From: Bacteroidota bacterium
GTDB lineage: Bacteria; Bacteroidota; Ignavibacteria; Kryptoniales; JAKASW01
DNA: 64,000 nucleotides
Reading direction: 5' to 3'
Assembly (NCBI GenBank): GCA_021794075.1
Contig: JAJYRM010000005.1
Coordinates: 6,620 to 70,619 of the forward strand
The notes beneath the pieces were generated by a model. It was not told the origin of the DNA, searched no databases, and was given only the letters and a program-made list of their open reading frames with translations. The translations under genes and the position numbers were made by a program. Numbering within the stretch: the first letter of the stretch is position 1; the number at the start of each line of letters is the position of its first letter. Positions 9,851 to 17,530 of this stretch are shown piece by piece.

Positions 9851-10500
9851 TTGTATCTCCAATTTTGCCGAGTAATATAGCAACTGGAGGTAAATCAGTC
9901 AAGACACCGCGAAAATCCCCTGCTATCGAGCCACCCAAGCGCCCCCGCGATAATTTGGCCCATCCAACTCTCTGCCAAATGCTGAACAGATTCAGCAAGA
10001 CACCGACGAGGAAAAGTGAGAGACAGCGACAGATGAAATTGCACACCGCGTCGCTTCTTGAAATTATCAAAGATAAGCAACATCCACCTGCCAGCCAGGA
10101 GCAAGACAATTGGACGGACCGCCATAGAGAAAGAAAAGAGAGATATGCAAAGAAAAAAAAGCACTCGTAACTTCACTCTCGGGTCAAGCCTCTTCTCTTT
10201 CGTCGAATAGAAGCTTGCTCAGTTTGATATGGCTGTATTTGCCTTCAGATACTAACAGGGGCGTAGCTTTCCTCCTCAGCGAGCAAAATATGAATAGCAT
10301 GGCGCCACACGAATCGAAAGATGAGCCTCGAAGATCCTCGAAACCAAACCGAGAAGAACCACACAAAGAATAGAGTGTATCGCGCTTCCCAAGAATTCCG
10401 ACCATTGATAATCCGCAGCTTAAGAATGAAAGGATATACCCAATTTATCGTTTGCCTTACGATGCGAGGCTGATAAATTGTAAAAAAAATAGGAGCAGTG

Positions 10501-11241
10501 ATGCCAAAATGGTCATGGCGAGGAAGAGTACTGAACGGTAAGAAATTAACCTCACACACTGAGGCGGTCCACACACCGGGTGGTAGCATCGTCCGCGAGC
10601 TCGTCTTCGGCGCCAACGACGGCCTTGTAGCGGCGTTCGCTGTGGCCTCAGGTGTCAACGGTGCGGGTGTCCAAAGCAAAGTCATACTCATAGCAGGCCT
10701 GGCAGAGCTTATTGGCGGCACAATCTCAATGGCACTTGGCGCCTACCTTTCGACGAAATCCCAGATAGAATATTACGGCGGAGAGATGAGCCGGGAAGCA
10801 TACGAGGTCGATAATTTCCCAGATATTGAGAGACAGGAGATCCGAGAGATCTATGCGTCTAAAGGCTTCAGCGGAGAGATACTTGACCGGATCATCGCGC
10901 ACATAACTTCGGACAAGAAGCGGTGGATAAACATAATGATGCAGGAAGAACTTGGTTTGTCGCTGGATCAGACAGTTTCCCCTCTCAAGTCGGGGATCGC
11001 CACAGGTGGGGCGTACGCCTTCGGCGCTCTTATGCCCGTTCTCCCCTATTTGCTCATGCAGCCGGGGCCCGGCCTGATAGCAAGCGCCATCCTGACGCTT
11101 TCCGTCCTCTTCGGTGTCGGAGCGGCAAAGACGATCGTCACCGGCAAGAATGCCTGGCGAAGCGGATTCGAAAGCATGGCAATCGGCGGACTTGCCGCCG
11201 CGGCGACTTTCTTCGCGGGCAAACTTTTTTCAAGATTGTAG
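10501..11241 (+). CDS. VIT1/CCC1-family iron/manganese transporter
   Basis: ELVFGANDGLVAAFAVASGV signature plus C-terminal TM helices. AGGAG lies 5 nt upstream of ATG 10501; the track ORF begins one codon earlier at GTG. Confidence 0.85.
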   Translation: MPKWSWRGRVLNGKKLTSHTEAVHTPGGSIVRELVFGANDGLVAAFAVASGVNGAGVQSKVILIAGLAELIGGTISMALGAYLSTKSQIEYYGGEMSREAYEVDNFPDIERQEIREIYASKGFSGEILDRIIAHITSDKKRWINIMMQEELGLSLDQTVSPLKSGIATGGAYAFGALMPVLPYLLMQPGPGLIASAILTLSVLFGVGAAKTIVTGKNAWRSGFESMAIGGLAAAATFFAGKLFSRL

Positions 11242-11245
11242 AGTA

Positions 11246-11872
11246 TTAGAGTGTTCCGAATATCCTGTCGCCAGCATCCCCCAAACCAGGGAGTATATAA
11301 CCGTTGTCGTTGAGTCTCTCGTCGAGTACCGCCGCATATATCTTGACATCCGGATGCTCTTTCTCAAGTAGAGAAACTCCCTCAGGTGCCGCCACGACGC
11401 AGCTAAGCCTGATGTTGACCGCCTCCTTTTTCTTGAGATAGGTTATCGCCGCCGCAGCGCTTCCCCCAGTTGCCAACATGGGATCGACCAGGATCACAAC
11501 ACTCTTGGAAATGTTGGGCGGAAATTTCGCATAGTAGTCAACGGGCTTTAGAGTTGTCTCATCACGATATAGACCGATGTGCCCGACTCTGGCGTCCGGG
11601 ATGAGCGAAAGATAGGCTTCAACCATACCAAGTCCGGCCCGCAAGACAGGAACAAGTATCACCTGATCCGCGCCAACGTAACCCTCCGTCTTTGCGAGAG
11701 GCGTCTCAATCGCTTTGGTAACCATCCTAAGGTCACGAGTCACTTCGAATACCATTAACGACGTGAGCCGCCTCAGCACTATTCTGAAATCCTCGCTCGT
11801 GGTTCTTCTGTCCCGCAGGATGCTGATATCCCTTTTGATAAGTGGGTGATCAATCACTTGAATGTTTTTCAT
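11246..11872 (-). CDS. upp: Uracil phosphoribosyltransferase
   Basis: 208 aa with PRPP loop VILVDPMLATGGSA and C-terminal YILPGLGDAGDRIFGT. Confidence 0.95.
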   Translation of the reverse strand: MKNIQVIDHPLIKRDISILRDRRTTSEDFRIVLRRLTSLMVFEVTRDLRMVTKAIETPLAKTEGYVGADQVILVPVLRAGLGMVEAYLSLIPDARVGHIGLYRDETTLKPVDYYAKFPPNISKSVVILVDPMLATGGSAAAAITYLKKKEAVNIRLSCVVAAPEGVSLLEKEHPDVKIYAAVLDERLNDNGYILPGLGDAGDRIFGTL

Positions 11873-11962
11873 AGGCCCTAAATTAAGATTGTTTTGGAAA
11901 TTGATTCTGTACTCTCTGATCGGCAGACCGAAAGAATCTAAGCGGACGAGGCCAAGCGCTCG

Positions 11963-12772
11963 TCATGTGAGGCTTTCCACAAGTTCCTTGACAGTTTCAA
12001 AAGTCCAGTCAGGGACAATGCCATGATGTTCGCTGTACGAATCGTTATACTTACCTGTCTTCACGAGTATCCCAATAAGCCCGGCGTCAGCGGCGCCTCT
12101 TATGTCGGCTTCTACATCGTCTCCCACGAAAGCAAAATCCGCGGAGAGCCATCTCTCCCCGGCCTCCACACGTATATCGTGCACTGCCAGGTTGAAGAAC
12201 TGACGGGAAGGTTTTCCGATGATCTTCGCCTGTTTTCCCGAAGCATATTCAAGAGCGTCAACAAAAGCGCCCGCGTCAATTTGTAAACCGTTCGCGCCCC
12301 GAGAATACCTTCTCTTCTGCAAAGCGATCAACTCCGCTCCGCCCATCACCAATTGGAATGCCTTATTGAGAAGATCGTAGTTCATCCCTTTTCCCAAATC
12401 GCCAACCACAACATAATCCGGATTCGTTTCGGACATCTCAATTCCCTGGAACTCTTCCAGGATATTTTCAGTGACTTGGAAGTAACACATCACGCCGTCA
12501 AACGATCTAAGCAGCTGTGCCACCGCCGATGCAGCCGTAAAAATCTCCTCTGGCTTTATATCGAGCCCAAGCTTTGCCGCGTGCTCGGAGATCTGTTTCC
12601 TCGTCAGGGTTGAGGTATTAGACACGAATCGATAATGCTTCCGCTCCTCGCGCAGCCAACGAATGAAGTCCGTGGCTCCAGGTACTAGCGTGTCGCCGAT
12701 ATATAGAGTCCCGTCCAAATCGACGAGCCAGCCCTTTATCTCGTCGAGTCTCTTTACTTTCTGATCGATCAA
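11963..12772 (-). CDS. HAD-superfamily subfamily IIA hydrolase (NagD-like phosphatase)
   Basis: Motif I LVDLDGTLY, motif II FVSNTS, motif IV FVGDDVEADIRGA. Confidence 0.8.
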   Translation of the reverse strand: MIDQKVKRLDEIKGWLVDLDGTLYIGDTLVPGATDFIRWLREERKHYRFVSNTSTLTRKQISEHAAKLGLDIKPEEIFTAASAVAQLLRSFDGVMCYFQVTENILEEFQGIEMSETNPDYVVVGDLGKGMNYDLLNKAFQLVMGGAELIALQKRRYSRGANGLQIDAGAFVDALEYASGKQAKIIGKPSRQFFNLAVHDIRVEAGERWLSADFAFVGDDVEADIRGAADAGLIGILVKTGKYNDSYSEHHGIVPDWTFETVKELVESLT

Positions 12773-12937
12773 ATCTTTTCGACTTCTTTTAAGCTTGTGA
12801 TTAAGAAATTAAAAATAGCCTAACTCTTTGTAATAATGCAAAAGATTTGTTCGGACAGTTTGGGCACCAGCATGACAATCGGACCCGTTTGCCAGAGACA
12901 AAAACAATCGTCGCTACTTATTTCATGACATAGACAA

Positions 12938-12972
12938 GCCGACGAGGCCGTCACGGACGGCGCGTCGTCGGC
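12938..12972 (-). terminator. Long GC-rich hairpin downstream of the cytochrome operon
   Basis: The outer stem is GCCGACGA/TCGTCGGC and the inner stem is GCCGTC/GACGGC, about 65 nt after the last cytochrome stop. Only a weak T-run (TTGTCTATG) follows on the minus strand. Confidence 0.45.
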
Positions 12973-13036
12973 TTTCAATAAACATGGCCAAGCGTTTACG
13001 GACGATTAGTTGTGACATTCGTCCGCAGCGCTCAAG

Positions 13037-13729
13037 CTACCAGGCCGATACTACTTTTCCGTATAGAACAAGCTTCCCTGTCACGTGCATACTGTTTTCC
13101 AATATGACCCCGTCCGGACCAATCATGGGAGAGTGACAATAGTAGCATGTCTGAAGGGTTATGCCCTTCCCGTTATGCGTCGCATCGTTAGGAGGAAGAC
13201 CGTGACAGCTTCCGCAAGAGTCCTGGCTCGAGTTAACGACGTTCCATGTCGGTGAAGAGTTGTTCCCGCCCTTGAAGTTTCCGTGGCAGTAAGTGTTGGA
13301 ACACTTCAGAGTCTTCGCGTTGAACGAAGGTTGAGGCGTTACCGTGGCGAGGGTGCTGTCATAGAATCGTGTACCCGGTGTATTCGTCTCCGTCATCGCG
13401 ACACCCGAGAAAGTCACGAGAGTCGCGGACGATATGCCGCCCGGATGAATTCCGGGACCAATTGAGGTGGGCACAATGTGACAGGTCGAGCATTCCACCG
13501 TCGAGGCGAACGCGCTCCCGTTTAGATGCACCTGGTGGGCTCCCACGAAAGGAGATGCGGTGCTGGTGTCACCCGCCGCGTCAGGAGGAGGGGCCGGGTT
13601 CATCACGCTTCCGTGGCACGAACTGCAATTCGCCGTCGCAAGGACGCCTGTGTTTTGAAGTTTGCTGCACGATGCCAGCGTCAGTCCTGCAGCAATTATG
13701 AATACTAATCCAAATCGTGTTTTCATCAT
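13037..13729 (-). CDS. Lipoprotein c-type cytochrome (4 CXXCH + 1 CX4CH)
   Basis: I took the start at ATG 13729 (MMKTRFGLVFIIAAGLTLASCS, lipobox LASC). Haem motifs are CSSCH, CSTCH, CSNTYCH, CGSCH and CYYCH. The unit CSNTYCHG...W...CGSCHGLPP resembles the Geobacter CxxxxCH...CXXCH repeat family (TIGR01904, recalled from memory). The start overlaps the upstream stop as TAATG. Confidence 0.85.
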   Translation of the reverse strand: MMKTRFGLVFIIAAGLTLASCSKLQNTGVLATANCSSCHGSVMNPAPPPDAAGDTSTASPFVGAHQVHLNGSAFASTVECSTCHIVPTSIGPGIHPGGISSATLVTFSGVAMTETNTPGTRFYDSTLATVTPQPSFNAKTLKCSNTYCHGNFKGGNNSSPTWNVVNSSQDSCGSCHGLPPNDATHNGKGITLQTCYYCHSPMIGPDGVILENSMHVTGKLVLYGKVVSAW

Positions 13730-14991
13730 TATCTCCCCGGATTGCTCCCATGACAGTAACCGCAAAAGCCGATGCCCGGTTGACCGCCCGGATGGGCGTT
13801 AGGATCGGTATGACACACATAACAAACAGCACCGGGGTCAGTATGCCAGTTCCCATTGACATCATGCATGTACATCGGCGGATGTGTCCTCGGATTGTCA
13901 CCCTGGACTCCATCGGGATCGCTGTGGCATGTAACGCAAACCGGATCGCCACCCTGTATGTCATGACACGCCGCGCAGCTCTCTATATCTCTCCTCGCAT
14001 AGATGGCGTGTCGTCCCCCGCCGGTTCCGACACCATTCGTAACGAAATCGCCGCCGAAGTGCCACACCGGCTCTATCATAGCGCCATTAGCTTCCGAATT
14101 ATGGCATTTCACGCAGAAGTTACGCTCGTCGTGGCATGTATAGCACGTGCTCTCGCGTCCGCTCGCCATTATCCCGTGCGTATAACGGAAATCGGGTGGG
14201 TGAACTTTCTGGGCTGTCGTATTCTTATTGCTGGGCAGCGGAGAAAGAGACGGCGTGAAAGGTACGTATGGCTGACCGGGGGTTAGATCGACAGCAAGGT
14301 TTGCCGCATCGTGGCACTCCTGGCAGCTCGCCTCCGTGTGGCATGACTTGCAGCTATTCTGCGGTCCGGCCATACCCACCAACTGCTGATGGGTCTTGAG
14401 GAAGTTAGGCTGCTGATGTGATTCAGGCACAAGCTTCACCAGATCCTTATGACATTCTTCGCAAGCTCCAGGAGCGGCTGTTATCGGGTGATCCACTTTC
14501 TTAGCGGTGAAATTCGTCTCGCCCTGGCCGTGGCAAGTCATGCACACTTGCATCTTCGGAAGCCCCTTGTTCGGGGCGTTCTCGGCATACGTCACTTTCG
14601 AAATACCTTGATGGCAAGTCTCGCATTTGAGTTTCAGCGAATCTGTGTGCTGGGCATGCGAGAAGCTTACAGGGCTGGGTATCAACGCGAGCTTCCGGTA
14701 AGTCGTCGTGTCCGTCGAAGTATGGCAGAAAGTACATTTCGTCGATGACTGATCATGGCACATGAAACATGTAGACATCGACGGAAGGAGATCTTGTTTA
14801 ATGCTGGCGCTTGTCTTGACATTAGTATGACAATCAGTACACGAAGCGCCAACGTCATTGATATGCTTGCTATGAGAAAACTTTATGAGCGATGAATTGT
14901 CGACCGGCGGAGCCTTCTTGCTCGCAAACAGGGTTGAAATGGACAGAAGCGCTACGATACCGACAATCCCGAAGATTCTAGTCTTTTTCAT
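13729..14991 (-). CDS. Secreted multihaem c-type cytochrome (14 CXXCH)
   Basis: Start at ATG 14991 (MKKTRIFGIVGIVALLSISTLFA), preceded by GGAGG 5 nt upstream. I counted 14 CXXCH motifs and no CXXCK. The track ORF begins 5 codons earlier at TTG. Confidence 0.9.
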   Translation of the reverse strand: MKKTRIFGIVGIVALLSISTLFASKKAPPVDNSSLIKFSHSKHINDVGASCTDCHTNVKTSASIKQDLLPSMSTCFMCHDQSSTKCTFCHTSTDTTTYRKLALIPSPVSFSHAQHTDSLKLKCETCHQGISKVTYAENAPNKGLPKMQVCMTCHGQGETNFTAKKVDHPITAAPGACEECHKDLVKLVPESHQQPNFLKTHQQLVGMAGPQNSCKSCHTEASCQECHDAANLAVDLTPGQPYVPFTPSLSPLPSNKNTTAQKVHPPDFRYTHGIMASGRESTCYTCHDERNFCVKCHNSEANGAMIEPVWHFGGDFVTNGVGTGGGRHAIYARRDIESCAACHDIQGGDPVCVTCHSDPDGVQGDNPRTHPPMYMHDVNGNWHTDPGAVCYVCHTDPNAHPGGQPGIGFCGYCHGSNPGR

Positions 14992-15002
14992 TTGCGCCTC
15001 CG

Positions 15003-16481
15003 TCAATTGCCGCTAAAATTCTTGAAGAAATAGTAATTCACCTGCAGATATCCCCTTAGATCATTTTTGAACACGGGATCTTGATAGTACTGTCCCTGCA
15101 GCGTTATCGCCAGAAGCTTTAACGGACGGTAAGTTACACCGAGCGCTCCGTTATAGAGACGATTTGCCGAAGTAAGCTGTTGAAGGACCTTGTAATCCGT
15201 CGCGGAGGCCGAAGCTATCAAGACGAATCTCTGATTCATGAACGGATATATTACCTGCGCGTTCACGCCGTTCAGATTGCCGGCGAACCCATCGTTATGT
15301 GAGAAACTTAGGGTGAAAAGATATATGTTGGTGCCGACAGTAAATTGATTTGAATTGGCGCCCGTGTAAAAGATTCTGTCATACGAACCGAACGCGCTAA
15401 TATCCTGCGTGAAGAGATAGCTTGCTCCCAGGTCAAGTTCGTCGGTCCCACTGTGATCAAACACAGAAAAAATAGAGTTGTATGGAAGATTTGACGTTCG
15501 ATGATAGTACCCGACATTCGCCGAGAAAGAGGCGAAGGGGGAATATCGGAACGACACTATAGTTCTGTCTATGTCGTAGAGATTCAGGTCATAATCAAGA
15601 CGAAAGTACCCCGATAGGTTGTCGGTAAAGTAAGAAAGATCTCCGGATACGAACCGGTTGGCAATGGCGTCAGGGCTAATGAGAATGCTGTCCTGGGCCC
15701 CAGGGGTGTTGAACGATTCAGACAACCGGTAAGCATAGTAACTTGGCGGCTTGAAGTTTTTGTTAACGTAGGCGCCTCCAATCCGAAAGTTATCGAATGG
15801 AGAATAGTAAGCCTCACCCCCGTAGAGCATGTTATCTTTCAGGTCGGTGTTCAGCTCGATTCTTTCATTCATCGGTGGAAGCGCGCCTCCAAAAGCGAAG
15901 AGAGAGATCTTATCGTCAAAGAGCTTTGCACCGGCGCTTAGTCCGTCAAACGACGACACCCCAACTCTCGAGAAAACCGGCTGCCTGCCGAGTTTCAAGT
16001 CAAAGATTTTTGCAATGTTCCTCGCCTCGAAGTATAGGTTTGCGGCACGAAGGAGCGGGTCGTTCGGCAGTTGAGTCATGAAATCGTTAGTAGCCAGAAG
16101 ATAAGTATGCAGCTGATAATTGCCTGAACCGAAATTCAGCTGCATCGCTTCAAACCCGCGCAGGCTCAACTTGGCATTGTTGGAAGTATCATACTGTTGA
16201 TACGAATAGAACGTAGTCATGAATCTTCCGCTTACCATTTGAGCACGCGCGTTCCTTACGCCGAACGGGTTCGCGAGGATAAGGAAGACTGCGATAAGTA
16301 ATCCCGGAAGTATTGTCGGGAGAAAGAATCGAGCGGGGAGCGCCCTTTCAGGCGGCCCCGCGCTGGGCCAGACTCGTCGTACGGGTCCAGCCTTATCTTT
16401 TCTGTTTCGAAATCTGCAGTTGATATACGGATGCTTCCGTGCGCTGCATCTTTCTGACGCTATTTCCGGGATACCTTTCAC
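15003..16481 (-). CDS. Predicted outer-membrane beta-barrel protein (porin-like) of the cytochrome operon
   Basis: GTG 16481 (preceded by AAGGAAGG) is the only canonical start that retains the hydrophobic signal segment LPGLLIAVFLILA, with predicted cleavage at ARA/Q. The mature protein is ~410 aa of alternating aromatic/aliphatic strand patterns with Gly/Asn/Asp turns, and has an aromatic C-terminus (YLQVNYYFFKNFSGN). It has no haem motif. Confidence 0.7.
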   Translation of the reverse strand: MKGIPEIASERCSARKHPYINCRFRNRKDKAGPVRRVWPSAGPPERALPARFFLPTILPGLLIAVFLILANPFGVRNARAQMVSGRFMTTFYSYQQYDTSNNAKLSLRGFEAMQLNFGSGNYQLHTYLLATNDFMTQLPNDPLLRAANLYFEARNIAKIFDLKLGRQPVFSRVGVSSFDGLSAGAKLFDDKISLFAFGGALPPMNERIELNTDLKDNMLYGGEAYYSPFDNFRIGGAYVNKNFKPPSYYAYRLSESFNTPGAQDSILISPDAIANRFVSGDLSYFTDNLSGYFRLDYDLNLYDIDRTIVSFRYSPFASFSANVGYYHRTSNLPYNSIFSVFDHSGTDELDLGASYLFTQDISAFGSYDRIFYTGANSNQFTVGTNIYLFTLSFSHNDGFAGNLNGVNAQVIYPFMNQRFVLIASASATDYKVLQQLTSANRLYNGALGVTYRPLKLLAITLQGQYYQDPVFKNDLRGYLQVNYYFFKNFSGN

Positions 16482-16536
16482 AACCCACCTTCCTTTATGA
16501 ACAAAAAAATGAACGAACCCGACGACTGCGCGAGCC

Positions 16537-17088
16537 TTACTGCTGAGGAACTGGGTGAGCTATCTTAGCCCACATAGTTTTGAAGTCGAATCCCTTGAAG
16601 GTCGGGCTCTTCTTGTTATGGCAGGTTTCGCAGAATTTCTCCGCGCTGCCGTCTTTAACCGAGAGGAGCGTAAGACCGTGGGCGACAGCTTCTTTCTCGT
16701 TCTTCATAATGTCCATCTTCATATAGTCCTTGCCGGGGCCGTGGCACGTTTCGCACTGCACGCCGTCTTCTTTGCTGAATCTCGGACCGAGCTGAGAAGC
16801 GGGAGCGTTGTACGCTGTTTCATGGCACTGCACGCACTCAGGTGCATCGGCAGGGCTACCCTTTATTCCTCTCGCTTCGGCGATCTTCTTAGCTTCCGGG
16901 GTCAAGAGGGTTTTATAAGCCTGAGAGTGCTTGCTCGCTTCCCATTTCTGGAATTGCTCGCCACTCTTCGGGGTTCTGTGGCACATGGCGCATACCTTCA
17001 CTCCGACGTACTGGTGGCTGGGTTCAGCGGCCAGCGAAACGGCAGAGGTCAGGGCAAGCGCCATAACCACTAGTGTTAGTGTTTTCAT
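16537..17088 (-). CDS. Secreted tetrahaem c-type cytochrome (cytochrome c554-like family)
   Basis: Start at ATG 17088 (MKTLTLVVMALALTSAVSLAA), preceded by GGAGG. Haem motifs are CAMCH, CVQCH and CETCH x2. The N-terminal pattern CAMCH...W..SKHSQAY is typical of the c554-type multihaem family (PF13435, recalled). Confidence 0.85.
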   Translation of the reverse strand: MKTLTLVVMALALTSAVSLAAEPSHQYVGVKVCAMCHRTPKSGEQFQKWEASKHSQAYKTLLTPEAKKIAEARGIKGSPADAPECVQCHETAYNAPASQLGPRFSKEDGVQCETCHGPGKDYMKMDIMKNEKEAVAHGLTLLSVKDGSAEKFCETCHNKKSPTFKGFDFKTMWAKIAHPVPQQ

Positions 17089-17109
17089 TTGGATACCTCC
17101 ATTTTGATT

Positions 17110-17121
17110 TGGTATATACCA
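17110..17121. promoter_or_regulatory. Perfect 12-bp palindrome TGGTATATACCA in the largest intergenic gap of the cytochrome operon
   Basis: It lies 22 nt upstream of the tetrahaem cytochrome ATG, within the 96-nt gap 17089-17184. Its function is unknown; it could be an operator or an internal promoter element. Confidence 0.3.
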
Positions 17122-17184
17122 GGTAACGTTACAGACGAGACGACCTGAACCGGCCGCTCGCACTTGCATCTTCCTAATATCAAC

Positions 17185-17523
17185 TCAGTTTTTCTTTCCG
17201 CACGCATCGCAATATGTTCTTGTCAAGGCTTTTTCTAACTCCTTCTTGCCGATGAAGGCGGAGCACCGTTCGCAATAACCATAGGTCCCGCTTTTCAACC
17301 TTTGAAGGGCCAACTCAAGCTCCTTGAATTCCGTTTCCATCTTCCTGGCGAGCTCACATCTGTAATCGGGCTCAACTTCGCATCTCTTGTGCTGAATGTC
17401 GCAAACGCTGCATATGTACGCTTCCCCGCTTTCCAAATCGACAAGGTCATCGGGTTTCATATACATCATTTGGAGAACCACGCTAATCCTGTTCCTGATC
17501 AAATTGTTAAAGTGCTCCGTCAT
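17185..17523 (-). CDS. DksA/TraR-family C4 zinc-finger protein (paralogue A)
   Basis: The C-terminal YGYCERCSAFIGKKELEKALTRTYCDAC is CxxC-x17-CxxC, the DksA/TraR spacing. I took the start at ATG 17523 (MTEHFNNL), 8 nt after the upstream stop. The track ORF extends 16 codons further and would overlap the cytochrome gene. Confidence 0.75.
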   Translation of the reverse strand: MTEHFNNLIRNRISVVLQMMYMKPDDLVDLESGEAYICSVCDIQHKRCEVEPDYRCELARKMETEFKELELALQRLKSGTYGYCERCSAFIGKKELEKALTRTYCDACGKKN

Positions 17524-17530
17524 CTGTCGA

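Noticed and set aside
10258-10267. A GGGGCGTAGC string resembling the 5' core of the yybP-ykoY Mn2+ riboswitch, upstream of the VIT gene.
   Set aside because: It has one mismatch in the core, I could not find the conserved 3' half (GAGAC-type) or the four-helix pairing, and it lies ~240 nt from the ATG. I kept it only as a cmsearch suggestion.
10245-10721. A 158-aa minus-strand ORF overlapping the start of the VIT transporter gene.
   Set aside because: Its 5' half is antisense to the well-supported VIT gene. Only its 3' hydrophobic tail lies in the intergenic gap, and that part is discussed as part of the 9851-10500 finding.
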